Source: an uncultured virus (IMG/VR IMGVR_UViG_2061766007_000995)
Taxonomy: Duplodnaviria > Heunggongvirae > Uroviricota > Caudoviricetes
Direction: 5' to 3' (one strand)
IMG/VR virus record: IMGVR_UViG_2061766007_000995
Length of the DNA: 64,000 nucleotides
Positions within the stretch are counted from its first letter, which is position 1. The number at the start of each line of letters is the position of its first letter. Below, in pieces: positions 10,690 through 21,801 of the stretch. The translations under genes and the position numbers were made by a program. The notes beneath the pieces are model-generated. The model worked only from the letters and a program-made list of their open reading frames with translations, searched no databases and was not told where the DNA came from.

Positions 10690-12357
10690 ATGTCAAACTA
10701 CTTAGATTTTAATGGACTTTCTACTGTAAATCAAATGCTTATAGATAAGGCATTACAAAATTCCAAGTATATGCTTATATCAAATGGCATAATTGACGTT
10801 TCTCAAGCCAATGCATTTAAAATCTATGTTACAACTCCAACACTTTTGAATGTTTCTGGAAATACAAAAAAATCAATTGATGATATATGGCTGACAATGC
10901 TGCTAATATCTACAGTAACTTGGCCTAGCAATGTAGTTTTTAATGACGAGTCAAATTTTCAAGATTTTGGATATTATATTGTAAAATTAACAACATTCAA
11001 TGGTGGATTAACATGGATCGGAGAAACCGTTTCATGTTTATCTTTTGATGATTTTTCTGGCACAAACTGCATTGATGTTTCATCAAATGGAATTATTAAT
11101 GCTGATCAGTCCAATGCATGGTCTCTTGATGGAAAATCTATATCTAGATTTTCAATAGCTAGTGAAGACTCTGATTATTTCTTTCTTAAAATTTATGATG
11201 GAAACAGCAATATTGTCTGGCCTCAAAATCTTGTATGGGACAATGAACTTCCATCATGGTCATCAGATGGAGTTTTATCCATATTTCTGTTCTATACTAT
11301 AGACAATGGAACAACATGGCATGGAAAATTCATAAAAAGAAATCTATATTTCTGGAAAATAACAGTCAATACATCCGCAACAACTTCGGAAGCTAAAGTC
11401 GCAGAAATTCCGTTTTCTTTGAAAAATCTTCCAAATGCATCATTAGTTGTTGATTGGGGTGATGGAACAACAGAAACAATAACTTCACTGTCCAGCAATG
11501 CACACAATCCAAAGCACACTTATAGCATAAATGGAGTTTATCAAATTACAATGTCTTCGGACATGTTTGATAAAATGTACATCTATGGTTACGACAGCTA
11601 TGGAAATTTTATTTTGGGTGATGAATATTATGGTGGAGGAACTACTGTTGCTTCATTATCGACATATGCCAACACTTTGCAGTCTATAGATACTCCTCTT
11701 CCTAGAGTTATAGGCATAACTACAGGAAATATGAATGCAAAGTCATATAAAAATTCATTAAGTGGAATCTTTTCTTGCTGTAAAAAATTGGTAACAATTC
11801 CCGACTATATTTTTGCATATAATCCACAGATAACTTCCTGTTCATATGCATTTGAGGATTGTCTTAAATTGCAAGCGATTCCGGAGCATACATTCTATGG
11901 AATTCCCGAAATTACATCTGTAGGTCACTGCTTTGATGGATGCAGTTCGCTAACATCTATTCCAGAAAATCTATTTGCAAATTGCCTGCATATTCATTAT
12001 GCATATAGCTGCTTTGCTTATTGTTCAAGTATATCTGCACTTCCAAATTCTATATTTGGAAATAATACAGAACTTACAGATTTAGATTCATGCTTTAGAA
12101 AATGTACAGCATTAAGAACTATACCAGAAACAATTTTTAATGGTTTAACATCATTAACTAGTCTTTGCTGGACGTTTTATGACTGTACAAATCTTTATGG
12201 TTTTACAATTCACATATATTCAAGAAAAATTTCTGACGTTCGGGACTTTGTATCTAGAAGAAGTGGATCAACTAGAACAATATATGTTCCAGAAAATTCT
12301 ACAACAAAAACGACATTTACAAGCGTTTCATTGGGTTTAACTATTATTGCCGAATAG
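10690..12357 (+). CDS. Fibre-module (x2) + PKD-like + BspA-type LRR protein
   Basis: MSNYLDFNGL start, two WP...GxTW modules, VDWGDGT, about 6 LRRs, C-cap TRTIYVPENSTT similar to 582-2665. Confidence 0.8.
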   Translation: MSNYLDFNGLSTVNQMLIDKALQNSKYMLISNGIIDVSQANAFKIYVTTPTLLNVSGNTKKSIDDIWLTMLLISTVTWPSNVVFNDESNFQDFGYYIVKLTTFNGGLTWIGETVSCLSFDDFSGTNCIDVSSNGIINADQSNAWSLDGKSISRFSIASEDSDYFFLKIYDGNSNIVWPQNLVWDNELPSWSSDGVLSIFLFYTIDNGTTWHGKFIKRNLYFWKITVNTSATTSEAKVAEIPFSLKNLPNASLVVDWGDGTTETITSLSSNAHNPKHTYSINGVYQITMSSDMFDKMYIYGYDSYGNFILGDEYYGGGTTVASLSTYANTLQSIDTPLPRVIGITTGNMNAKSYKNSLSGIFSCCKKLVTIPDYIFAYNPQITSCSYAFEDCLKLQAIPEHTFYGIPEITSVGHCFDGCSSLTSIPENLFANCLHIHYAYSCFAYCSSISALPNSIFGNNTELTDLDSCFRKCTALRTIPETIFNGLTSLTSLCWTFYDCTNLYGFTIHIYSRKISDVRDFVSRRSGSTRTIYVPENSTTKTTFTSVSLGLTIIAE

Positions 12358-12372
12358 CTGGGAGAAATTTAC

Positions 12373-13719
12373 ATGTCTTTGTATCTAGATTACAACGGTC
12401 TACAAAAATATTGTCAATTGTTTGAAGAGTATCTCAACTGGGGTCCAACAATCAGCATCGCTAATGGTGTGATTGATTTAAAAGTTGCAAAACGATTTAT
12501 AATCAATCCATCTCAAGACATTCAATTGTCTTTTATGAACAGTCCACGGAATACAATTCATGACATTTGGATTCAAATCTATCATGGAGGAAAATACACG
12601 GTAGACTGGCCAGACAATGTTTTGTGGGGCTATAAGCAAAAAGAACCAGAATTAGTTGAATTTGGATACAATTTAATTAAACTTTCTACAATGGACAACG
12701 GAGCAACATGGATTGCAAAAAACATTATAGCTAAAAACTTTTTTAGCGATGAATGGCCAGAAATATCAACAAATACATCTTTTGATCTTTCAACTTCCAC
12801 TCAATTTTATTTTGACGCAACAGGATTTTCAGGAAATGTAGTGGTGAGCTTTAACGGAACAGCTAAAGATGAATACTTCTGGATTCGAGTAAAAGATGGA
12901 GAAAACAAGATCATTTGGCCAGACAATGTAGAATGGGAAAATGATATTCAGCCATTTCTGGATTCAGAAAAAGAATGTGCAATTTTGTTTATCAAATCTT
13001 TGGATGGAACAAAATGGATTGGAAAACTCCAATATAGATTCTTAAACAAAATAATGTCTTTTAATAATAATACATCAAGTCCTTACGCTCAGGCTGGAAA
13101 TCGTGGCTATGAATATGGCTTAGATGTTTATTTTGGATATAATCCTGGAGAAAGCAGTGGTGGTTATCAATATGGATGTTTTTTGGAAAGAACTCAACCT
13201 AATGTAGAAGCTAACAAAACATATACTGTTGGAATAGTTGATGGTTCTACAATAAGCGAAGGAAGCGATAGATGGCAGATATGGGGAGATGAAACTGTAT
13301 ATACTTTAACTAGCAATGATGGAATATTTTTCTGGGTTGAATATAAAGATGAAAATGATGAAACTGTCATATATTCAACTAGTGGAAATGTTGTATCACA
13401 ATGCTGGAATTCAGAATATGAATCCTGGTATCTGCCTATAGGAGAATTGATGAATGTAGCACCAGAATCCAGCGATATGGAAATTTCAGACATCAACACA
13501 AATCCATTCGGAAAATACATTCCAATTGACTATGATACGCTTAATGAAAAAATTGGTTCATCGCTCACATATTATGTCAATTATGAAGTTCAACTCAGAA
13601 GCAATAAAACATCAAAGTATATTTTACATCCAAACAAGAACATGTATTTCAAGTTAATACATAATCAAAATCATAAAATGCTTGTAACGTTTTATTGGAG
13701 GTGCATTGAATATGCCTAA
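12373..13719 (+). CDS. Fibre-module (x2) protein with unique acidic C-terminal domain
   Basis: MSLYLDYNGL start, two WP.NV.W...DG..W modules. Confidence 0.7.
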   Translation: MSLYLDYNGLQKYCQLFEEYLNWGPTISIANGVIDLKVAKRFIINPSQDIQLSFMNSPRNTIHDIWIQIYHGGKYTVDWPDNVLWGYKQKEPELVEFGYNLIKLSTMDNGATWIAKNIIAKNFFSDEWPEISTNTSFDLSTSTQFYFDATGFSGNVVVSFNGTAKDEYFWIRVKDGENKIIWPDNVEWENDIQPFLDSEKECAILFIKSLDGTKWIGKLQYRFLNKIMSFNNNTSSPYAQAGNRGYEYGLDVYFGYNPGESSGGYQYGCFLERTQPNVEANKTYTVGIVDGSTISEGSDRWQIWGDETVYTLTSNDGIFFWVEYKDENDETVIYSTSGNVVSQCWNSEYESWYLPIGELMNVAPESSDMEISDINTNPFGKYIPIDYDTLNEKIGSSLTYYVNYEVQLRSNKTSKYILHPNKNMYFKLIHNQNHKMLVTFYWRCIEYA

Positions 13720-14680
13720 GGCAACTATTATTGTTCCAACTTTCAATACGCAAAGAAAATTGCTTTTTCAATGCATAGATTCAATAAAAAATCAAACATT
13801 TGAAGATTTTGAATGTCTTGTGATTGATGATGGTTCAACAGATCATACTGTTGATTTTTTGAAAAGAATCACAGAAAATGATTCTCGATTTAAAATCATT
13901 GAAATTTCACACAGTGGACTATCTATAGCAAGAAATGAAGGAATTAAGCTAGCCACTTCCAATATAATCTTTCATGTTGATTCTGATGATGAAATAAAGC
14001 TAGAACTTCTTCAGCATGTTATTTCCTTTATGGAAGAAAATGATTTAGAAATGGTTTTATTTGATGCCGAAGTTGTTCCATTTGGTAGAAATCCTCATAG
14101 ATTTTTGGCAGAAGCAAAATATTTTGAACGCAAGCATGATTATGGAATAAATGATGGCCAGTCAATGTATTATGACTTGTGTCGAAATAAAAGCATGATA
14201 TATTCCAGTTTTCTTTATGCCATAAAAAAGAATTGCATAAAGAGCAGTTTTTATCCTAGAATGCGAGCACAAGATGAACTAAACACTACTTTGAATATGC
14301 TTCAGCTTGACCGAGTCGGTCATTTGAATGAAAAACTGTATATAAAGAAAAGTCATTCCGATTCAGTTTCCTATCAAAAACGTACCGCTTTATATTACTG
14401 GAGCATAATTACTGCGGCTTTAGAAATATGTAAATTCATTAACAATAATCAATTAGAGGATGATGTAAAGGCGCTGCTAGAAATTGCATTAAAGAAAAAA
14501 TATTTGCTCATTGCAAATCTGCGGAGAAATGGAATATATTTTTCCAAATCGTGGCTCAGCGAATTGACTCGTGAAGAACAAGAATTGATGTTGTTGGCAT
14601 TTAGAAAAGGAAAGTATAAAGAACGTCCTTTTTACAATGATATTCAAACCTTATATCAAGAATATACTCAAATTATGTGA
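13712..14680 (+). CDS. Family 2 glycosyltransferase
   Basis: IIVPTFN, VIDDGSTD, GLSIARNEG, HVDSDD; third paralog, shares FYP.MRAQDEL. Confidence 0.9.
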   Translation: MPKATIIVPTFNTQRKLLFQCIDSIKNQTFEDFECLVIDDGSTDHTVDFLKRITENDSRFKIIEISHSGLSIARNEGIKLATSNIIFHVDSDDEIKLELLQHVISFMEENDLEMVLFDAEVVPFGRNPHRFLAEAKYFERKHDYGINDGQSMYYDLCRNKSMIYSSFLYAIKKNCIKSSFYPRMRAQDELNTTLNMLQLDRVGHLNEKLYIKKSHSDSVSYQKRTALYYWSIITAALEICKFINNNQLEDDVKALLEIALKKKYLLIANLRRNGIYFSKSWLSELTREEQELMLLAFRKGKYKERPFYNDIQTLYQEYTQIM

Positions 14681-14692
14681 GTCAACAAGTAT

Positions 14693-14724
14693 AAAAAAGG
14701 CGGCTTAAAGCCGCCTTTTTCTTT
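14693..14724. terminator. Bidirectional intrinsic terminator
   Basis: AAAAAAGGCGGC-TTAAA-GCCGCCTTTTT between convergent genes. Confidence 0.85.
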
Positions 14725-16098
14725 TATAGTATATGCACTTTTACAAGCTTTATGTTTTCCTTGTCTGAACTTTCCAAAGCAATGGCCCAGGCTTCATATA
14801 CTTTGTCTTTGGAGTTCATTGCTCTTAGAACTCCATTGGAAGAACCAGCAACAAGACTGTCTCCCTTCTTCACATTTCCTTCCACTTTGGCCTTCACTCT
14901 TCCTTTCGTACAGACTGGATAAGATTTTGAAGTCTGAACCCCGATGCACATGGCATAGTCTGTTGTCACCACTCCAAGAGGACATTTTCTTTCGGAATTA
15001 ACCTTTGCATACATTTCATTTTCGGACTTGAAGTCCAGCGATACCACATCGCCGTTTTCCATGGTTTCACTGCATGGATACCATTCAGCATAGTGCTCGG
15101 TTTCTACATTGAAGCTCTTCGATTTCATCCGCCCATTCCAGGACAGAACGTCTCCAATGCATTCAAACCATCCNNNNNNNNNNCTCATTTTCGGACTTGA
15201 AGTCCAGCGACACTACATCGCCGTTTTCCATGATTTCACTGCATGGATACCATTCGGCATAGTGCTCGGTTTCTACATTGAAGCTTTTCGACTTCATCCG
15301 CCCATTCCAGGACAGAACGTCTCCAATGCATTCAAACCATCCAGCCTGCATCTGTCCAATGCCATGCATGAATACAAGCTTTGAGCCTTTTGAAAGAACA
15401 ATTCCGGTGCAGTCCTTTATCTGTCCGCTTAATGATTTGCTTCCATCAAATTCATTTCCAAATATTTTTACTGAATGTGCAAATTTAACTGCCGCCGCGG
15501 CGCATCCAGGATAGCTTTTTCCATCCATTTCTCCTTCAGAGAAATAAATTTTTTCAAGTCTTGCCCCATAAGGAAATTCAGCCATTCCCCTTTCCGTGTC
15601 AAGCTTTATTGGACAAGCCTTTCCATATATGCTTACGCTTGAGGATGTCGTTCCAATTACTGCGTTTTTCCCAAGCATGAGCGTTGGAGGAAGTTCTGCA
15701 TTTATGCTTCCGATTATGAGTGGACCAACAGTCAATCCCTTTTCAGAAGCATATATGCTTTCTGTTCTTCCATTTCCCTTTAATACAAGCAAGTCGGAAA
15801 GAGCAAGACTTCTCGCGGCAACATTTCCAGCAACGCTTACATTGCAGTCAAAAGTTGCGGCTCCAGTAACTGAAAGAGAAGATGTTGAAAAAGTTCCATC
15901 CAGCTTGATGGAATCTATTCTTGCATTTTCTTCAGCTTTTTCTTCAACAACTGGTTCCCAGGAAACAACTCCATCAACACTGGTAAGAACCGCCTTTCCA
16001 TTTGAACCTTGCAAGATGCTGGAAATTCTTCCAAGAATCTTGTTTAATTTGTACCGCCAGGACGTCAATCCTTCTTCCTTTTTCAGCAGTTCTTCCAT
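14724..16098 (-). CDS. Tail fibre/spike protein with peptidase G2-like intramolecular chaperone C-terminus
   Basis: HYAEWY...GDVVSLD...LGVVT..YAM...GRVKAKVEGNVKKGD.LV; duplicated segment around the N join at 15174. Confidence 0.7.
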
Positions 16099-16099
16099 T

Positions 16100-16871
16100 C
16101 TACATTTTCCCCATTAGCTTGTGTTCAATTAGAGTGTATATTATGTATCCCAAAAATGTCAATATTGCAATGAAATTTGGAGCGACTTTGACAATGCGTT
16201 CAAACATTGTCTCCTGCACTTCTGGCTGGGCCGCTGCCTTTTCCATTGCAGAACCACGCTTGGACAGATTGTCTATCTTGTCTGACATGGAATGCAGAGT
16301 GGCTTCATGCGATTCCTGCCTATTCATTGTATCCTTTATGCTGTTTTCTATTTCATAGATGGAACGCATCAAATTGTGATGACGATCATCGCCTGAACGG
16401 TCGCTGTTTTTCACTGCATCCATTACGTCTCTGTACTTTTCGGCAATGTCCTTCATCTTGCTGAGAAGATCATGCATGGAGTCCTGCATGGACTGTACAG
16501 AATACTTCAAGCTTGTTATGTCGCCAACATGGCCATCAACCCTTTCTATTGACGTGCCTAGAGAATTGATGGCCTTGGANNNNNNNNNNGGCATCCATTA
16601 CGTCTCTGTACTTTTCGGCAATGTCCTTCATTTTGCTGAGAAGATCATGCATGGAGTCCTGCATGGACTGCATGGAATACTTCAAGCTTGTTATGTCGCC
16701 AACGTGGCCATCAACCCTTTCTATTGACGTGCCTAGAGAATTGATGGCCTTGGAAAATCCATCCAGATCCTTTTCCATAGCGGCAATGGAACTCTTCAGT
16801 CCAGCTACTTCTGAGTGCATCATTGGAATTGATCTCATCAATTCTAGCATGTCTTTTGGTTCAATGTCCAT
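16100..16871 (-). CDS. Coiled-coil protein with single C-terminal TM helix, holin candidate
   Basis: Heptad-rich body, TM FIAILTFLGYIIYTLI, directly downstream of the spanins; duplicated segment at an N join. Confidence 0.5.
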
Positions 16872-16873
16872 TG

Positions 16874-17170
16874 CTATTTTTTGAAGTATGGTTCTACAAG
16901 GATTTCAAGCTTCCTTGCATACCTCTTCCATTCCCTTAGTGTATTGACATAAGCTTCAACAACTTCCTGCGAAGTTGAATTTTTGCTTATTTTCGACAGA
17001 TAGTTTTTAGGCTTTGATGGTCTAGTAAACTCTGGTTCCTTGAGTACAGGAACCTTGACCTCAATAGGCTTGTCTACATAGACAATTTTTTCCTCTGGAC
17101 TTTTAGAGGCGCATCCAGAAAAAAAAGCAAGAGCGAGAACTAGAATGATGCTGCCTGTTCCTTTAACCAT
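16874..17170 (-). CDS. o-spanin (Rz1-like) lipoprotein
   Basis: Lipobox LAFFSG-C, proline-rich body; start overlaps the i-spanin 3' end. Confidence 0.75.
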   Translation of the reverse strand: MVKGTGSIILVLALAFFSGCASKSPEEKIVYVDKPIEVKVPVLKEPEFTRPSKPKNYLSKISKNSTSQEVVEAYVNTLREWKRYARKLEILVEPYFKK

Positions 17171-17631
17171 TCTATCGCCTCCTCAGAAGTTGTTGGTTTA
17201 TTCTCTCCCTCCTTGTTTTCCTTGCTTTCCATGCGAACGTATTCCTCTTTTTCGCTGTTAAGCTTTTNNNNNNNNNNGGAAGTTGTTGGTTTACTCTCTT
17301 CTCCCTTGTCTTCCTTGCTTTCCATGCGAACGTATTCCTCTTTTTCGCTGTTAAGCTTTTCAACTTCCATATTAAGCTTGTCAACTTTCAGTTCAAAGGA
17401 TATGGAATCACTCTTGAACTTTTCTATCTTTACATTCTGCTCTTCAATCTGCTTTTCTAGAACCTCAACATTCTTGATGGAAACGTCATACAGTTCAGTA
17501 AGAAGCTGATTCTTGACAACTAGACGCTTATTGTCGTTGTATAGTCCATAGCTTACGGCCGACATTATGATGGCCCATAGACCAAAGACTACTAATCCGA
17601 TAGCTGACAGCATTTTCATTCTTCCATTCAA
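17140..17631 (-). CDS. i-spanin (Rz-like)
   Basis: N-terminal TM followed by a long coiled coil; CTAAATA at 17646-17652. Confidence 0.7.
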   Translation of the reverse strand: MNGRMKMLSAIGLVVFGLWAIIMSAVSYGLYNDNKRLVVKNQLLTELYDVSIKNVEVLEKQIEEQNVKIEKFKSDSISFELKVDKLNMEVEKLNSEKEEYVRMESKEDKGEESKPTTSXXXXKLNSEKEEYVRMESKENKEGENKPTTSEEAIEWLKEQAASF

Positions 17632-17657
17632 ATGTTGAGCAAAGATATTTAGCTTCT

Positions 17658-18856
17658 CTAGAAGAATGAAGCTATGTCCACCTTCGGAACTATGTCAAGA
17701 CCACAGGCCGTGAATACGTCTTCAACTGGCTTGTAGAATATCTTTTCATAGTGCGTCTGCACGTCTACATATTCCTTTAGACCAAATTCTTCTGGAATGT
17801 CATCAATGAAGCCAATGACTGTCCAGTGCTTTGGATTTTCTTTCAGATATGCGTATTTCATCTTGTCGCCAGACTTGATCTTCTGATACTTCTTTTCCAG
17901 TTTCAGTTCATCTACCAGAGCGTTGTGATACATTGCCGCCTTGGCATTGATGGGACAGCCTCCATTTCTGGTCTTTCCCGATTCTGCATCAAACCATTCG
18001 CCTTCCCAAGGAAGATTTGTCTCTGGATTCAGATACTTTTCAATGTCCGAAACGCCTTTCTGAAATGAAATCTCCGAAATTGGCTTTGCAAAGAACATCT
18101 CCTTAAACTCGGCGATGGTCTTTCTTGCACGTTCAACGCCTTCCGCCGTCAAGTCATGCAGNNNNNNNNNNACCTTTCTGAAATGAAATCTCCGAAATCG
18201 GCTTTGCAAAGAACATCTCCTTAAACTCAGCGATGGTCTTTCTTGCACGTTCAACGCCTTCCGCCGTCAAGTCATGCAGAACTTTGTTGAACCACGGCTT
18301 GACAAACTCTGGACAGGAAGAAGTCACCGAGAAGAGTCCCATTATCTTTTCATGCGGCTCCCCGTTGTTTGCAGTGTATCTAAATCCTTCCATGTCATCC
18401 AGAAGCAGATAGTAACGCTTCTTTGCAATCCAGATGCCGCAGTTTCCTGTATGATCATTTGGCACTGCAATGGCCTCTCTGTCCATATGCAGTCCACCAT
18501 CCTCTTCTCCGTTTATTTCCTGCTTTACCTTGTCAAACAGAGGAGAAAGACAGTCCGATTCCATCTTTTGGCAGAACTTGTCTAGAAAGTCGGCCTTGGC
18601 CTGTCTGTCTGCATCTGGCTTTATCTTTAGAAAGACGTTCAATGCATCATTCAGGTCAAAGTAGTTGGAGTCTGTATCNNNNNNNNNNATTGATCTCCTG
18701 CTTTACCTTGTCAAACAATGGAGTAAGACAGTCGGACTCCATCTTCTGACAGAACTTGTCCAGAAAGTCGGCCTTGGCCTGTCTGTCTGCATCTGGCTTT
18801 ATCTTGAGAAAGACGTTCAATGCATCATTCAGGTCAAAGTAGTTGGAGTCTGTATC
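17658..18856 (-). CDS. 43: Family B DNA polymerase (T4 gp43-like), palm/thumb part
   Basis: DTDS, MDREAIA, WIAKKRY, KIMG, GCPINAKAA, IKSGDKMK motifs; truncated by the gap at 18857. Confidence 0.9.
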
Positions 18857-19828
18857 NNNNNNNNNNNNNNNNNNNNNNNNNNNNNNNNNNNNNNNNNNNN
18901 NNNNNNNNNNNNNNNNNNNNNNNNNNNNNNNNNNNNNNNNNNNNNNNNNNNNNNNNNNNNNNNNNNNNNNNNNNNNNNNNNNNNNNNNNNNNNNNNNNNN
19001 NNNNNNNNNNNNNNNNNNNNNNNNNNNNNNNNNNNNNNNNNNNNNNNNNNNNNNNNNNNNNNNNNNNNNNNNNNNNNNNNNNNNNNNNNNNNNNNNNNNN
19101 NNNNNNNNNNNNNNNNNNNNNNNNNNNNNNNNNNNNNNNNNNNNNNNNNNNNNNNNNNNNNNNNNNNNNNNNNNNNNNNNNNNNNNNNNNNNNNNNNNNN
19201 NNNNNNNNNNNNNNNNNNNNNNNNNNNNNNNNNNNNNNNNNNNNNNNNNNNNNNNNNNNNNNNNNNNNNNNNNNNNNNNNNNNNNNNNNNNNNNNNNNNN
19301 NNNNNNNNNNNNNNNNNNNNNNNNNNNNNNNNNNNNNNNNNNNNNNNNNNNNNNNNNNNNNNNNNNNNNNNNNNNNNNNNNNNNNNNNNNNNNNNNNNNN
19401 NNNNNNNNNNNNNNNNNNNNNNNNNNNNNNNNNNNNNNNNNNNNNNNNNNNNNNNNNNNNNNNNNNNNNNNNNNNNNNNNNNNNNNNNNNNNNNNNNNNN
19501 NNNNNNNNNNNNNNNNNNNNNNNNNNNNNNNNNNNNNNNNNNNNNNNNNNNNNNNNNNNNNNNNNNNNNNNNNNNNNNNNNNNAGCCTCCCAATTCAGTC
19601 TATCTTCTAGCCACATCCCTTTGCTGGATATGGAAGCGATTCATTGTAGGCCTTCCATTCATCAAAGCCACTATCTGTCAAATGCCAGTAGAAATCATTG
19701 TCTCCATACAGTATGAAGCCCTTTTCCATTAATTGATTGAAGAGGGCCATTTCATTTGCATCGCAGTAGATTTCATTGATGGCATAGTTGAAGGCNNNNN
19801 NNNNNGGCCTCCAAATTCAGTCTATCTT

Positions 19829-20079
19829 TTAGCCACATCCCTTTGTTGGATATGGAAGCGATTCGTTGTAGGCCTTCCATTCATCAAAGCCTCTGTCTGT
19901 CAAATGCCAGTAGAAGTCATTGTCTCCATACAATATGAAACCCTTTTTCATTAATTGATTGAAAAGAGCCATTTCATTTGCATCGCAGTAGATTTCATTG
20001 ATGGCATAGTTGAAGGCCTTTTTAGAATCTGTATTGGCCATATGATTAAAGGAACCAATCAACTTCTTTTCTTCCATAT
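19829..20079 (-). CDS. Hypothetical early protein
   Basis: ORF downstream of a sigma70-like promoter; partially duplicated at 19585-19795. Confidence 0.55.
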
Positions 20080-20149
20080 TGAGGCACATGATGCTTTCTC
20101 CTTGCTAAATGTCTCATAAAGATTCGATTCTTTTACCAATTGCAATGTC

Positions 20150-20178
20150 ACTTTAGCAGAATATATCTAGTCTGTCAA
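20150..20178 (-). promoter_or_regulatory. Sigma70-type early promoter
   Basis: TTGACA-N17-TAAAGT. Confidence 0.75.
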
Positions 20179-20182
20179 GCGT

Positions 20183-21677
20183 CTATCGAAGCCAGCTGAG
20201 ATTTTCGCAGGAGTCATCTCCCCAGTTGTTTCCAGAGAAAAGTGGAATTGGTGCAAGGCTTTCTTCAATGGCCTTTGCAGACAGTTCGCTCATTTCCGAA
20301 GTTACTGAACGATCATACTTTCTGGCAAACTCATTGGTTGTAGAATAGTAGCAGAAGTTTACAAGAGTCATTATTCTATCATCATGATATCCAGGAACGG
20401 CTTCAAACGAATCTCCATGCCTTTGAAAATGTCCAAGTTCAGATAAAGTCTCCCGATCTGGAATAAGAAGCTTATTTGTACTGCACATGTCTTTCAAAGT
20501 GTTGCATCCAATAATTTTGGTTTTTGTTGTTGTTCTTTGGCCCAAGGTTGGTCTGCTGTTAATGCTTCCATCTTTGTAGGTTTTGAATATGTTGTCATAC
20601 TCTAGATCATAGTTGAGCATATGGAGAACAACATGTCCAAGATCATTGGACTCTACAAGCACTTCTGCATTGTTGTACTTGGACGCTATGGAAAAAATCA
20701 TTGAAGGAAAGGCATAATAGTCTATTTTGTTGGAAGCAAAAATTGCTGGAATGAAGAATGTATCCGTTGTTACGTCAATTATTGTGGCCACACTGTAGTC
20801 CTTTCCAACTCCAGCCGANNNNNNNNNNGTAATAGTCTATTTTGTTTGAAGCAAAAATTGCTGGAATGAAGAATGTATCCGTCGTTACGTCAATTATTGT
20901 GGCCACACTGTAGTCCTTTCCAACTCCAGCCGAAACGTCAACGGAACAGACATAGGAATGATTAGGCAGCGGCTTTTCATACACTTTAATTGTCATTGAA
21001 CTTTCAATCGGCTTCTGAAGCTTCGTTTCAAGCCGCTTTAAAAGGGATGTAGAAATCAATGAATTTTCGTCAACGTCAAAATTGTTTCCATACTCAATCT
21101 CAAACTGCTCTTCAGTCATGGTCTTGAGCATGTCCTGATGCCACTTTTCATCTCTTCCTGGAACGTCCCACCAGTTGACTTCCACTGGATACATGTTTGA
21201 AAGTCCAGCCTTGGCCCTTGTCCACATGTCATACATGTGGTTTCTTCCATTTGGTGTGCTGACTATCATCAGCTTGGTTGAAGAACCAGAAGAGATTGTA
21301 GGAAACGTAGACTTGAAGAAGTCGTCCCACTTGTTCTTGGCAATAAAGGCGCAATTTGAGACTTCAACATCTGAAGCCGTGTAGTGGTGTCCATTCTCCA
21401 CTTCAAGCAAGTCATAGAGGTCCTGCTCTCCAGCCCACTGGACATCCACTACACGCTTTTCACTCAATATGTCTCCAGGAATGACTTCATATGCATGAAT
21501 GAACCGTCCGTTCTCATAGAACTTATGGCTTCTGGAGCATTCAATGTTCGTTCCATCATTGAAGCATATTCTTAGAGAGTCCTTTCTTGTCTTTCGTATA
21601 CCATGAAACGGCTTCCATCCATTGGAAGTCCATACTTCATATTCTTCCGTAAGCTTTTTTTCTGCTGTTGAGGACAT
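20183..21677 (-). CDS. 17: Large terminase (gp17-like) C-terminal precursor: C-intein + ATPase C-lobe + nuclease
   Basis: CAFI...FPTISSG...IVSTPNG.NH, WWDVPGRD, VDVSAGVGKDYS, VESND.G, GYHDD; 108-aa intein fragment at the N-terminus; assembly duplication at 20819. Confidence 0.9.
21354..21677 (-). other. Atypically split intein, C-terminal fragment (108 aa)
   Basis: Starts at Met without block A; has WTSNGW, ECSRSHKF (block B-like), LYDLLEVENGHHY (block F), and ends VSN followed by +1 Cys. Confidence 0.85.
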
Positions 21678-21801
21678 TTTTGCTACTGCTCTACGCTCTC
21701 CGACATGTAATGAAGTTCCTTTTTCAATTCTGCAAGNNNNNNNNNNTTTAAAAGATTTCATTTGTTGAACAAGAGACAAAATATTTACGTCAGGAGAGTG
21801 C

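Noticed and set aside
582..13719. Diversity-generating retroelement acting on the LRR/fibre genes
   Set aside because: No reverse transcriptase and no TR/VR pair with adenine-specific mismatches seen.
18665..19732. Long ORFs spanning the 727-N gap
   Set aside because: They consist almost entirely of X residues and are artefacts.
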